Shown here piece by piece: positions 51,509 through 61,551 of a DNA stretch of 64,000 bases. Under the pieces are notes generated by a model. That model did not search any database and was not told where the DNA came from. It saw only the letters and a list, made by a program, of their open reading frames with translations. Source of the DNA: an uncultured delta proteobacterium. Lineage in GTDB: Bacteria; Myxococcota_A; Polyangia; Fen-1088. The position numbers and the translations under genes are program-made. Position 1 is the stretch's first letter; each line of letters begins with the position of its first letter. The stretch is from assembly GCA_963796685.1 (NCBI GenBank), contig CAWCMR010000025.1, positions 160,001 to 224,000 on the forward strand, written 5' to 3'.

Positions 51509-51714
51509 ACCCGCCTTACGGCGGGATGATTGCGGTGAGACCAGAAGAAGGAGAATGCCGTGGATGGCAGCGCCACGGCGAGACCGGGCAGACCGGTAGC
51601 CCTCATCTTTTGGTGAGGGGGAAGGGCGTGCCCAAGTTTGCTCGGGACGGTTACCGTTGGGCTTGCTCAAGAGCCGGCTTGTAGGGGTGGGCTACTCGGC
51701 CCTGGGCAAAGGCG

Positions 51715-51860
51715 ATGGCGAGCTTGAGCACGGCCTCAAGCAGGCGGTCCAGACGATCACGTTTCTGACCCAGGAGTTGCAGGCGAAAGGCGCAAGCCTG
51801 GAGCGGCTATGGCGAAGGTTGTTGGCTCTCAGACGGAGAAGACCGGTCAGGTGCTGGACA
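51715..51860 (+). pseudogene. Probable IS66 TnpC N-terminal remnant
   Basis: LKQAVQTITFLTQELQAKGASLERLWRRL then, after a frameshift, GSQTEKTGQVL. Resembles the IS66 coiled-coil/(L)FG..SEK motif; no DDE core. Confidence 0.5.
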
Positions 51861-52039
51861 ACGCCACCTCGGTGGGCGGTGATGGATCGAATATCGGCGA
51901 GGGTACCCCAGGGAAAGATGTTGCACGGAAAACCGCCGCCAACTTCACGACCAGAATCCGAGACGACCTCTCGGCCGGACTGCGAGTCGGAACACGCCCT
52001 CACTGATTTCACGCCCGCGGAAGGATGAACACGGTGGAT

Positions 52040-54136
52040 CTACTTGCCGTAGCCCACGCTGACGATATTCGATTGAACGGCATTGTCCGTCGCATCGGAC
52101 GGATAGCCGGCGAGGATGGCCCCTTCGTAGAAGGTTCCCGAGCTCAAGGTCGAGTTGCTGTAGCAGCAGTCCCCACCGCTTCCGAGGACGATGGCTCCTT
52201 CCTTCTTCATCGCGTAGGGAAGCTTGCCCTTGTAGAACGTTGTCAAGTTGCCGGTCGTCGCATCAGCACCACTCAGCGCAAACTCGGAGGTGCCGTTATT
52301 TTTTTCTATGGCGGTAACATATGCCTGCGTCATGCTGGGAGAGCTATTGTTCTTGTTCCCGTCGCCCTGTGCTTTGAGACCGCACTCGAAATCGGCCATG
52401 ACCCACGGACCCGAGCCGGCCCCGGTGCCCCAGTTTGTATTGGTGCTGAAGTTGACGGCATCCATTGCGCCGCATGATGCCACCGTTCGGGAGAGCTCGC
52501 CGTTGCCGTAGTCGAAGCAGCACCCGCTGATGTTCTTGTGCGTGCCGCTCGTCACCATGTAGATGCCTTGGGGAGAGTTGCCCGTTGGCACCGCCGACTT
52601 GGAACCATCCCTCCAATAGGCCTGACCGGTTCCCATCCAAAGCGAGTAGACCTTGTGACCACCGACACTCAGCTGCTCTTTGGTGGCACTCGGGGTTGTT
52701 TGGACCGTGGACTTGCTGCGAACGCTGGCATCCTCTGAATCCGTGGTCTCGGCTTCGACGAAATTTCCATTTCCAGACTGGTCGTAAACCTTGGTGATAA
52801 CGCACGTCGTGCCCTTACAGAACGTGTCCTGCACCGACGAGTCGGCAATTCCACCCGGGCTCAGGAGTGGGATGTCTGTCGTCGTGCTGTCCGAAGCGCG
52901 CTTAACCTGGTAGAGTGGTCCACTGTACGAGCCAAAAAGTGCACGCACCGTGCTATGCGCTGCGACACACTTGTTGTTGGCACTCTGATAGATGTCGCAC
53001 GGCCCGGTACTCGTAGCGGTGGAGCCTCCCGTGGAGGTCGTCCCGCCCGCCCCGGTCGTGCCACCTGAGCCTGTGGTGCCTCCGCCCGCACCGCTCGAAC
53101 CCGCGGTGCCTCCTCCTGCGCCGCTCGAGCCGCCTGCGCCGGTCTTGCCGCCCGAGCCAACCGTGGCGCCGCCCGAGCCAGCTCCACCACCCGAGCCAGT
53201 CGCTCCGCCCGCGCCAGTTCGGCCGCCGGAGCCAGTCGCTCCTCCGCCCGAAGAACCGCCGGTGTTTCCACCCGCGCCCCCGCCGCCCGAACCGCCGCTC
53301 TTCTGGAGTACGACGGTGCCTGTCACCGGAAGGATCGTGGGCGATGGAGTCAAGGTCAACGTGTCTCCCGAGACGCAGTACGAGTAATCCACTGTGTCGT
53401 CGGTGTTGAGCCCGCTGCCCGAGGTCTTGTAGTTGCCGCTATTTGCCGCCCAAGGGGATACCACCCCAATACCACCAGGCTGGTTAGCCGTGGCCGAGCA
53501 GTTGCACTGGCCGCTCGCATTAGTTGAGCAAGTTACAGTGCTCCAGCCAAGGGCTTCGATGGCACCCGCCATCTTGGAGCATTCGACGGAAATCGACGAA
53601 ACCGTAAGACACGAGGCGTCTAACGGAAACGTCATGGAGCCCGTCGTGGTCGTGTTGTCCGAATAGGTCCCGTTGTCGTTGGCGGTCCACGTTCCGTTGA
53701 CCTGAAGGGATCCGGTGACAGGAACGGTCTTGCACCCCAAACTAGCCAACGAAACGTCCATGTCTCCCGACAAAGTCAGGCACGAAGACGTCACGTTCCA
53801 GGTTCCAACCACGTCGCCACCGCAGGGCGCAACATTGGGACAATTCTTGCCAGAGCTTCCACCGCTGCCAGAAGAGCCGCCATTGCCTGACCCTCCGCCG
53901 GACTGACCGCCACCCGAGCCGCCGCTGCTCCCACCCGAGCCACCTGACGGTTTGCCACCCGAGCCGTCGCTATTCCCGCCCGAGCCACCTGAGGTAGAGC
54001 CCGAGCACCCAGAGCCCAGGAGCCAGAGCGCGGCAGCTATGACGCACAGCGAACTGCCGTGCAGCATCCATTGTCCTGGCCGCGAGCTAGAGATGCGCGG
54101 GGGGCGTCGGTTTCCGGATAGTTCGTTGCGAGTCAT
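52040..54136 (-). CDS. GH54 (AbfB catalytic) lipoprotein with extra N-terminal Cys domain
   Basis: Lipobox GSGC, GPCDIY, AAHSTVRAL, YDQSGNGN, CCFDYGN, GPWVMADFE, GGDCC, GTFYEG. Confidence 0.87.
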   Translation of the reverse strand: MTRNELSGNRRPPRISSSRPGQWMLHGSSLCVIAAALWLLGSGCSGSTSGGSGGNSDGSGGKPSGGSGGSSGGSGGGQSGGGSGNGGSSGSGGSSGKNCPNVAPCGGDVVGTWNVTSSCLTLSGDMDVSLASLGCKTVPVTGSLQVNGTWTANDNGTYSDNTTTTGSMTFPLDASCLTVSSISVECSKMAGAIEALGWSTVTCSTNASGQCNCSATANQPGGIGVVSPWAANSGNYKTSGSGLNTDDTVDYSYCVSGDTLTLTPSPTILPVTGTVVLQKSGGSGGGGAGGNTGGSSGGGATGSGGRTGAGGATGSGGGAGSGGATVGSGGKTGAGGSSGAGGGTAGSSGAGGGTTGSGGTTGAGGTTSTGGSTATSTGPCDIYQSANNKCVAAHSTVRALFGSYSGPLYQVKRASDSTTTDIPLLSPGGIADSSVQDTFCKGTTCVITKVYDQSGNGNFVEAETTDSEDASVRSKSTVQTTPSATKEQLSVGGHKVYSLWMGTGQAYWRDGSKSAVPTGNSPQGIYMVTSGTHKNISGCCFDYGNGELSRTVASCGAMDAVNFSTNTNWGTGAGSGPWVMADFECGLKAQGDGNKNNSSPSMTQAYVTAIEKNNGTSEFALSGADATTGNLTTFYKGKLPYAMKKEGAIVLGSGGDCCYSNSTLSSGTFYEGAILAGYPSDATDNAVQSNIVSVGYGK

Positions 54137-54142
54137 ACCCGT

Positions 54143-54170
54143 GCAGTGGAATCAGCTCTCGAATTCCGTC
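54143..54170 (-). promoter_or_regulatory. Bipartite motif copy 6
   Basis: Minus strand GACGGAATT-cgagagctgatt-CCACTGC, 6 nt before ATG 54136. Confidence 0.6.
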
Positions 54171-54216
54171 CTGCAAACGTGCGATTCCTTCGTTGCGCCG
54201 TCGAAGTGGTCGCGGG

Positions 54217-55444
54217 TCACTGCCCATACGTGGCGACGATGTTGGCCTGGACGGCATCGTCGGCCGCGTTCGATGAGAAGTGGTGGGTCATGATCCCCTC
54301 GAAGAAGTTCCCTCGCCCGGAGTTGCTGTTGTCGCCGCCGGTACCTAGGCCGATGGCGCCCTCTTTCCTCATGGGATTGTATAAGTCGCTGGGACGGGGT
54401 CCATCGAAGCCGAGTTGCAGGGTGCCGGACTGCGCGTTCCCGTATTTGATGGCCCAGTGCCCGTTCCCTTGATTGACCGAAGCACTCTTCTTGTCGCCCT
54501 TCACCAGACCCGTGACGTACTTGTAGTCCGACGGTAAGGTCGGGTTGAGATCGTATGGCGTGGTGTTGCCGGCCCACAGACCGTTTTCAAGATCCCCCAT
54601 GACCCATGGACCGTCGCCTCCACCCTTGTTCCAGGCGGTACAATTTCCGAAGTACACCGCTTCCATCGTACCTTCGCCGTTGTCCCTGCTGTTTTTCTCC
54701 ATGTTCCCGTAGTCGAAGCAGCAACCACCGTTGTAGTAGCCGGCCTCGGCGACCATGTACTCCGTCTCCGGGTCGTCGCTGGTTGCGGTGCCCTTGCTCG
54801 CGTTGTTCCGATAGCCAACCCCAGCCACGATGTGGACGCCGTAGAACGTGCGGCCACCGATCGTGATCGGGGCAGAGGTCGCGTTTGCCTCGTAGTCGGG
54901 TGTCGTCTTCAGACCGCCCGCGGGCGCGAAGGTGAGAATCGTTCTTCTGGTCGGATTGGTCATAGATGATCGAGATAGTGCATGCGTCGGTGCCGCAAGC
55001 AGAGTCCTGGGCAGCCGCGTCGGCGAAGCCATCCGCGCCAATCTGGATATCCGTGGTCGTGCCGCCCGTGCCGCTCTTCGAGCCCCCGACCCTGACCTGG
55101 TAGAGGGGGCCGTTGTACGAGCTCAAGAGACGCCGGACCGTGCTGTGGGCCGCGACACAAGGACCGCCGTCCTCTGCGTAGATATCGCAAGGCGGCTTGC
55201 TCGGGTCGAACGTCACGCCACTTCCGCCCGCCGCGCCTCCAGTACCCGAGGCACCACCCGAGTCAGTCGCCCCACCCGAGCCGCCGGAACCGCCGGATTG
55301 GTCGCCGCCGGAGCCGCCGGTCTGCTGGTTGCCACCCGTGCCGCCCGTGCCGCCTGTGCCGCCTGATGTGCGTTGGCACCCCCAAGAGCAAAGGCCGAGC
55401 ATGGTGGCCAGCAAGAGCGCATTCGAAAAACTTCTCATTCTCAT
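54217..55444 (-). CDS. GH54 alpha-L-arabinofuranosidase lipoprotein, frameshift near 54937
   Basis: Lipobox SWGC, PCDIY, AAHSTVR in one frame; CCFDYGN, TMEAVYFG, GDLENG, GGDNSN in the other. Removing one base (GATTC to GATC) joins them. Confidence 0.85.
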
Positions 55445-55755
55445 CGAGACATACCTCCGTACGTGCGGATAGACAGACTCAGCTTAAGACGGATGACGGA
55501 GTCTGCCTACCTACTTTGTTCCGAATACTGAAATCTTGTCACTGCAGTTTCACATGAGGGCCTCGACTTCACATGTGGGGCCTCGACGGTGGCCTACATG
55601 GACGAGCACCGTCTCATCGAGGGCACCAGCCCCGGCCCCAGCTCGCACGGCGCAATGCGCCATCGAGGGTGTGGGTCGCAGCGTCGCCCACACAATCGGC
55701 TACGATCCGTTTCGCGACGACGCCCCCGTTCATGTCTGGGGTGAGCCAAGGGCGC

Positions 55756-57612
55756 TCATCGAATCAGCGATCCTCGTATCTGGGCCTGCAACATGCCCTC
55801 GGCTCGCTTCAGGTCGTCGAGCGCGGCGGGATCGTTGGGTTGCAGGCCAACCGCGGTACGAAACTCGTCTACGGCTTCGGCAAGGCGGTGGGTCTCGGCG
55901 AGCACGATGCCGAGGCCGGTGTGGGCGCCTGCCAGGGTGGGGGCAAGCGCGATGCAACGCCTGAAGGCCGCCTCGGCCTGGTCGAAGTGGCCGACCGCGG
56001 AAAGGGCATTGGCCTCGTTGTAGAGGTACGTCGGAGAGCTCGGATCCGCGGCGACGGCTCTCGACAGCGCCCATAGCGCGCGCTCGACCTGGTGCAATTT
56101 CATCAGCACGATGCCGAGATTGGAGAAGTCGTCCGCGGTCATGCCGTCCGCCACCAGACCCGGGACTGCGGCCACCTGCACAAGCACGCGTTCGGCCTCT
56201 GCCGGCTGGTTGAGCGCGGAGTACACCTCCGCCATGTTGATGTAGGCTTTGAGGCGGGTGGGATCGTGCTCGATGCAGGCCCGGTAGTCGACCATTGCCG
56301 CCGCGTACTCGCCATTGGCCTGTTCTAGGTCACCCAGGTTGTTGTAGGCGAACGCCGCATCCGGGTTGACCGCGATGGCGTGGCGGAGAAGATTCGAGGT
56401 ACCGGCCCAGTGCCGACTCTGATCGAACGAGAGCACGGCCAGCACGACGAGGGCCACGGCAAGCACGCCCACCGCGATCTCCCGGGGTCTGAGGTAATCG
56501 ACGGCATCGGCGACCATGAGCCCGACGCCGATCAGCGCAAGGTAGACATAGCGGTCGGCGACCGTCGAATAGGCCTGGAAGGAGAATGGCACGAGACCCA
56601 ACGTCGGGAGCAGGAAGGTTGCGAACATCAGGGCGCCGAGCCAGGTGAGCGGACGTCGCTGGTGCTTTCGGTAGCAGAGCGCGAGCAGGCCGGCCGGGGC
56701 GGCCCACGTGAGATAGCCCCACGCGTGCGACATCACCAGGCGCGGCGTCCGCCCATAATCGACACACAGGTCGACGGGCACGAAAGTCTTGAAGAGGTAG
56801 AAGGCCAGGGCATCGCCGGCAATGAACGGCCGCTGCCACCAGAGAGAGTCGCCCGAGGCGGCGACCGCCTGGATGGAGCGGGTGAGCCATGCGAAGGGCA
56901 GAACGCATGCGGCCCAGATCGAGGCGGCCGCGATGCTCCTGCGCCAGGAGGTTGCAAGGACAACCCGATCGATGGCGAGCGCGACGAGGGGCAGCGCCGC
57001 GGCGGTCGGCTTGCACAGCATGGCAAGCGTCGCGAACAAGGCCGACGCGACGAAAAGTGCTCGCGACCGGATGGAAGATGCGGTGGACGCTTGTCGAGAG
57101 AGGACGAATGCATTCAAAGCCATCAGCGCAAAGACGCTGCTGCTCGAGCCACGCAGCTCGGAGATCCAGGCTACGCTCTCGAGCTGCAGGGGGTGCAGGG
57201 CGAACACGAGCGACGCGAGCACGGCCATGGTGTTGCGCCGGGTGAGCCGCTGCACGAGCAGGAAGCACAGCAGGGCATTCGCCACGTGAAGGGCTATGCC
57301 GACGGTGTGAAACGCAACGGGATCCAAGCTGAGGGTGTGGCCAAGGGAGGCTTCCGCGTGCGCCGGAACCTGGGCGAAGCGCGCGATGGCGGCAAAGATC
57401 GTGTAGGCGAGAGGGACGTAGAGCCGCTCGTAGGAATGTTGCCAGAGCCTGGCCACGCTCTCGAGCGTCGGCGGATTGAGAAACGGATTCGCGTAGACGT
57501 GAATGTCGTCGTCGAACCCCACGAAGCCGGCCGAAAACACGCGCAGGTAGACGATGGAGATCCCTCCGGCGAGGCCGAGGACGATGAGCATGGGGATCGC
57601 GATCCGTTTCAT
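55756..57612 (-). CDS. TMTC-like GT-C membrane protein with C-terminal TPRs
   Basis: FDD..V..NP, Y.PL, FH...LH..N, FALHPLQLESVAWIS, K, ADRYVYL, then several TPRs. Confidence 0.85.
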   Translation of the reverse strand: MKRIAIPMLIVLGLAGGISIVYLRVFSAGFVGFDDDIHVYANPFLNPPTLESVARLWQHSYERLYVPLAYTIFAAIARFAQVPAHAEASLGHTLSLDPVAFHTVGIALHVANALLCFLLVQRLTRRNTMAVLASLVFALHPLQLESVAWISELRGSSSSVFALMALNAFVLSRQASTASSIRSRALFVASALFATLAMLCKPTAAALPLVALAIDRVVLATSWRRSIAAASIWAACVLPFAWLTRSIQAVAASGDSLWWQRPFIAGDALAFYLFKTFVPVDLCVDYGRTPRLVMSHAWGYLTWAAPAGLLALCYRKHQRRPLTWLGALMFATFLLPTLGLVPFSFQAYSTVADRYVYLALIGVGLMVADAVDYLRPREIAVGVLAVALVVLAVLSFDQSRHWAGTSNLLRHAIAVNPDAAFAYNNLGDLEQANGEYAAAMVDYRACIEHDPTRLKAYINMAEVYSALNQPAEAERVLVQVAAVPGLVADGMTADDFSNLGIVLMKLHQVERALWALSRAVAADPSSPTYLYNEANALSAVGHFDQAEAAFRRCIALAPTLAGAHTGLGIVLAETHRLAEAVDEFRTAVGLQPNDPAALDDLKRAEGMLQAQIRGSLIR

Positions 57613-57717
57613 GACCAGCGGGAAAAGGCGAGGAGGGAGTCGCCGAGCTTCGCCCGGTGCGAGCCATCGCGCAAGGCACGATCCCCCTCCGCGAACACCT
57701 TGCGCCTCGTCGCCGGC

Positions 57718-58434
57718 CTAGTGATAGAAACGACACCCCTCGCGCGTGCATTCGCGGTTGTGCGCGTGGAAGCTGCAGGTGAGATCGTCGGACGCCCCAT
57801 CCAGGCTCACGCCAAGCTCGCGCTTCGCGAAGGCAACGGCCTCGGTGATGGCCAGGAAGCTGCAGCGCTTGCAGCAGCGCGGGCCGCCGGCCTCGGCAAT
57901 GCGAGCCAACGCCGTCGACGTGGCCGCGTTGGCCAGACGCCACTCGCGGCCGGAGAGGGGCGTCGCGCGCGTCACCACGCTGACGAAGATTCCGGTGCCG
58001 ATGCCGGCTCCGCAGGCGCCCCACAGGCCGCAGAAGCCGCCCTTGACGACTTCGGCTCGCTTGCGCGCCTCCCTCAACATGCGCTCCCGTTCGTCGGTCG
58101 CCATGCCCCGGGCAGTGGTGTAGGCCGCAATGAGCACCGCCGGCACGAGAAAGTGGTGCTCGGGGCCGTGCATGTGAACCGTGGGGCTCTTCATGAGCTG
58201 GACTGCCAGGGCCAAGGGATCCGTGGTCTCGGCGCGCAAGCAGGCCGAGAAGACGAGCTCACTCGGCCCGAAGGCATGGCACGCGTCGCACACGTAGTGA
58301 CCGGCCGTGCAGCAAGCATGGCTGGCCTCGCTGGCCCCGCAAATGGCGCAGGCCATGGTCTTCTTGTCGACGGAGTACGCCAGTTGTGCGCCGCAGATCG
58401 CGCAATCCGCTCGCTGTTGCATCTCGAGAGACAT
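57718..58434 (-). CDS. DUF5714-like Cys-rich metal-binding protein
   Basis: CxxC pairs, GHYVCDACH, MHGPEHH, GGFCG.WG.CGA, GPRCCKR. Confidence 0.75.
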   Translation of the reverse strand: MSLEMQQRADCAICGAQLAYSVDKKTMACAICGASEASHACCTAGHYVCDACHAFGPSELVFSACLRAETTDPLALAVQLMKSPTVHMHGPEHHFLVPAVLIAAYTTARGMATDERERMLREARKRAEVVKGGFCGLWGACGAGIGTGIFVSVVTRATPLSGREWRLANAATSTALARIAEAGGPRCCKRCSFLAITEAVAFAKRELGVSLDGASDDLTCSFHAHNRECTREGCRFYH

Positions 58435-58541
58435 GGCTGGTCGATCAGGTGAGGACTAGCAGGTGAGAGCCAGAATTGGATCGGACGATTCAGCCCTACG
58501 GGAAGTCGGCAGATCCTGCGCGTGCCTCGCTGAGCGCCGGG

Positions 58542-59291
58542 TTATCTGTGACCATGTCCGCCCCGGTTGTCGTTGCCCCTGCCGGGTGCGGGCCCCCGGT
58601 TCGGGCCGCCCATCGGTCCACCGCCGCGAGGGCCCTGCGGACCTGGCCGAAAGCCACGGCCGTCTTGTCTCGGCTGGCCAGGCGGCCCTTGAAATTCCCT
58701 GCCTCGCATCCCACGTTGCGGCTGGCCCTGGGGAGCCGGGCCCCGGCCGCGCATCTGCATGGGCGCATCCGGTCTTCGCTCCATGCGCTGGGGATTGCCC
58801 CGGGGCCCGACAGGCCGCGGCTCCATGCCCCGAACGCCCCAACCGTTACGCTGTTGCCAGTGCTTGTCCCTTTCCCAGCCACGCCAGTTGCGCTCCATCT
58901 CGCCGTGCGGGATACGTTCGTGATTCCATTCGTGTCCCCTCCAGCGGTGATCCCGGTAGTCGTTCCTCCATCCGGGCGGCACGTTTCTGTAGAAGGGCGG
59001 CGGCGCCTGGCGATAGAAGGCCCAGCCGCGGTCGTAATGGCGAGAGCGGTACCAGCGCCCTTCCCACGGACGCCACCACCAGCCCTGGCTGAAGTAGACG
59101 TCAGCTTCGACATCGGGCACTGCGTAGACGTTGGTCTCGGGGATGACGACCACCTCCGGGGGAGCGGGGAAGACAATCGGTGGAGGCAGAGGCACCCCGA
59201 CGCTCACGCTCACGCCAACCTGCGCACTGGCCGAAAGCGGAACCAGAACCGCCACGAGCGGAAGCAGCGTTCCTATCATCGCCTTTTTCAT
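58542..59291 (-). CDS. Secreted Pro/Trp/Arg-rich hypothetical protein
   Basis: Signal peptide, VSVGVPLPPP, GWWWRPWEGRWYR, low-complexity tail. Confidence 0.7.
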   Translation of the reverse strand: MKKAMIGTLLPLVAVLVPLSASAQVGVSVSVGVPLPPPIVFPAPPEVVVIPETNVYAVPDVEADVYFSQGWWWRPWEGRWYRSRHYDRGWAFYRQAPPPFYRNVPPGWRNDYRDHRWRGHEWNHERIPHGEMERNWRGWERDKHWQQRNGWGVRGMEPRPVGPRGNPQRMERRPDAPMQMRGRGPAPQGQPQRGMRGREFQGPPGQPRQDGRGFRPGPQGPRGGGPMGGPNRGPAPGRGNDNRGGHGHR

Positions 59292-59634
59292 TCTTGGTCC
59301 TTTCGCGGGTTGTCCGGTGGCGGATCTTACGCCATCTGGCGCTCCACGAGTGATACGAAACGTCGGAGCTCACACAAGTCCGATGGTGAGCAGACCACAT
59401 CCCTGGATGCTTCGCGCGACGCCTTCGCCCTCGCGGATGCCGTCGGACAGGCCACGGCCTGGTCTTGCGATGCGGTCCCCTCCGTCTCCGACGCCTCCTA
59501 CGTGGTTGTCATCGACTGCAACGGCCGGGTAATCAATCGAAACTGCTGAGGCCTGGCTCCAGCGACCCGGATCACAGCCCCGCGTCGCCTTTTCGGATCG
59601 GCCATGCCAAGATATCGGACCAGGAGAGTCTGCA

Positions 59635-60730
59635 ATGAAGATCCCTCGCCTCGTTCCCCGACACCTTGGCAACCCGATCGCCGTTGCGGCAAGCCTCGCG
59701 ACGATCCTGAGCAGTGCTTGCGGTAGCTCGACCTCGAGCGGGCAACAGTCCCTCGACGCCCACGCAAGCGGTGGCGCGACCTCCGGCGGGACGGGCGGCA
59801 CGAGCAGCCTCGGCACCGGTGGCGCGACCAGCGGCGCCGGCGGCAGGCTGGGCATGGGCGGCACGACCAGTGGCGTGGGCGGTGCCCCGGGTACCGGCGG
59901 CATCGTCGCATCCGGGGGCGTGCCCGCAGTCGGCGGAACGCAGGGCTCAGGCGGCATGCCCGGCAGCGGCGGCGCCAAGGGTACGGGGGGGGCGACGGGC
60001 CTCGATGCAGGGGTGGATGCCGCGACCGGCTGCCCGGCGCAACCGCCACTCTCGGGTGGCGCCTGCAGCGGGCCGCTCACCTGCACCTACGGCGCGTCCA
60101 TCTGCTGCGGCATCACCTCGTCGGCCTGGACCTGCACCTGTCTTGGCGGCAACCTTTTGTGCAGCCAGACCGTGGAATGCAACTTCATCTGCCCGAGCAG
60201 CGATGGCGGCTCGGCCGATGCCGCGCTGGACGCCGGCCATGAGGACGCCGCAGCCACGGTCGATGCTGCCGGGGTCGGTGCGGCATGCGGCGGCACTGGC
60301 GATCCGGCCTGCTCGACGGACGCCTACTGCGAATGGCCGGACAACCTGTGCGGCTCGCGCACGCACGGCGCCTGCGCCACTATCCCGCGTGGTGTGGCTT
60401 GCGCCATCTCCGCCGCCCCGGTGTGTGGCTGCGACGGCAAGAACTACCCCAGCACTTGCGACGCCGCCAAGGCCGGCGTCGACGTCAGCAGCGACGCCAG
60501 CCTGCCCTGAGCCCGCGGGCATGTTCCGCTGCGGTTGGAGCTACTGCCAGCACAACACGGACTACTGCCACGCCCAGGTGGGCGGGGCGGTCAGCAATCC
60601 GGGCAGCTACGTCTGCGATCCCTTGCCCGCGGCATGCAATGGGACGCCTGGCTGTGCGTGCATCACGGGCGGCTCGACCTGCACTGCGAACGCCCAGGGC
60701 GACGTCACCGTCACCGTCGCCGTTCCCTAA
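59635..60730 (+). CDS. Cys-rich lipoprotein with Kazal-like motif, frameshift near 60501
   Basis: RBS AGGAG, lipobox SSAC, PVCGCDGKNYPSTC. Removing one C (AGCCT to AGCT) continues into CPEPAGMFRCG...VTVAVP. Confidence 0.75.
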
Positions 60731-60739
60731 TCCGCCGTT

Positions 60740-61402
60740 TCACTTGAGGCGCGGGGGTACCACGGCGGGGCGCGGGCGGGGAGAATGCCCGCGTGCCGGC
60801 GCCTTGCAGCGCTCCAGGGTCGCGGAGTGGCCGGTGAATGCGTAGCGACCTTTTCGAGAACGTCTGGAGTAAAGAGCGGCCTCCAAGATGGCACCCGACT
60901 GTCTGAAGACCACGAGGCTGGTGTGAATTCGGGCCGCGGTGGCGAAGCCGAAGTTGTCCTGCTGGGCATCGTACATGAGGGTCGCCGGGACGGCGGCACG
61001 TCTGGCGTAGTCCGGGAAAGAGGGCTGGCCAGGCCGCTTCTTCGACCCTTTCATCAGGGTGGTCACGACCTGGGCACCGCTGACATCGAGACGCGAGATG
61101 GTCCAGCGCTCCTGCTCGTCGAGCTGCCAGCAACCGAGAAGCGGTCGCAGGAGTCTCCTGGGGATGTTCTTCGTGGCCTTGTAGTCCTCGCTGGGCGCGG
61201 GCATGGCCTTCGCGGCAGCGGGCTCGGCGCCGGCTTCGGGCTCGGCCTTGTTGGCAGCCGCTGGCGCCACCTCCTCTTGCACGGCTGGAGCCGCGTCGTA
61301 CGCCGAAAACGACGATAAGGGAATGAAGAAAACGAAGACGGCGATCCACTGGGGCAGCCCGCGGCCAATCCGACCTTTGCAGGATCGTCTCGTGCTCTTC
61401 AT
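60740..61402 (-). CDS. Hypothetical exported protein
   Basis: Hydrophobic N-terminal segment, Ala/Pro linker, globular C-terminus; fills the gap between neighbours. Confidence 0.5.
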   Translation of the reverse strand: MKSTRRSCKGRIGRGLPQWIAVFVFFIPLSSFSAYDAAPAVQEEVAPAAANKAEPEAGAEPAAAKAMPAPSEDYKATKNIPRRLLRPLLGCWQLDEQERWTISRLDVSGAQVVTTLMKGSKKRPGQPSFPDYARRAAVPATLMYDAQQDNFGFATAARIHTSLVVFRQSGAILEAALYSRRSRKGRYAFTGHSATLERCKAPARGHSPRPRPAVVPPRLK

Positions 61403-61551
61403 GGCGCCGCGACGCTAACATGGGGCGCCGAGTGGGCCAAGATGCTTGACGCCGCCAACCGGCGTGCCGAGCCAACGGAGGAGTCTCAAGTCTTCCGGAG
61501 CCCGGTCGATTCCTGTTGGGTCATGCGACTGGCTTCAACAGGAGGTGCGCA

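Noticed and set aside
51510-51525. CCCGCC-TTAC-GGCGGG hairpin as a terminator
   Set aside because: Short stem with no U-tract; not enough support.
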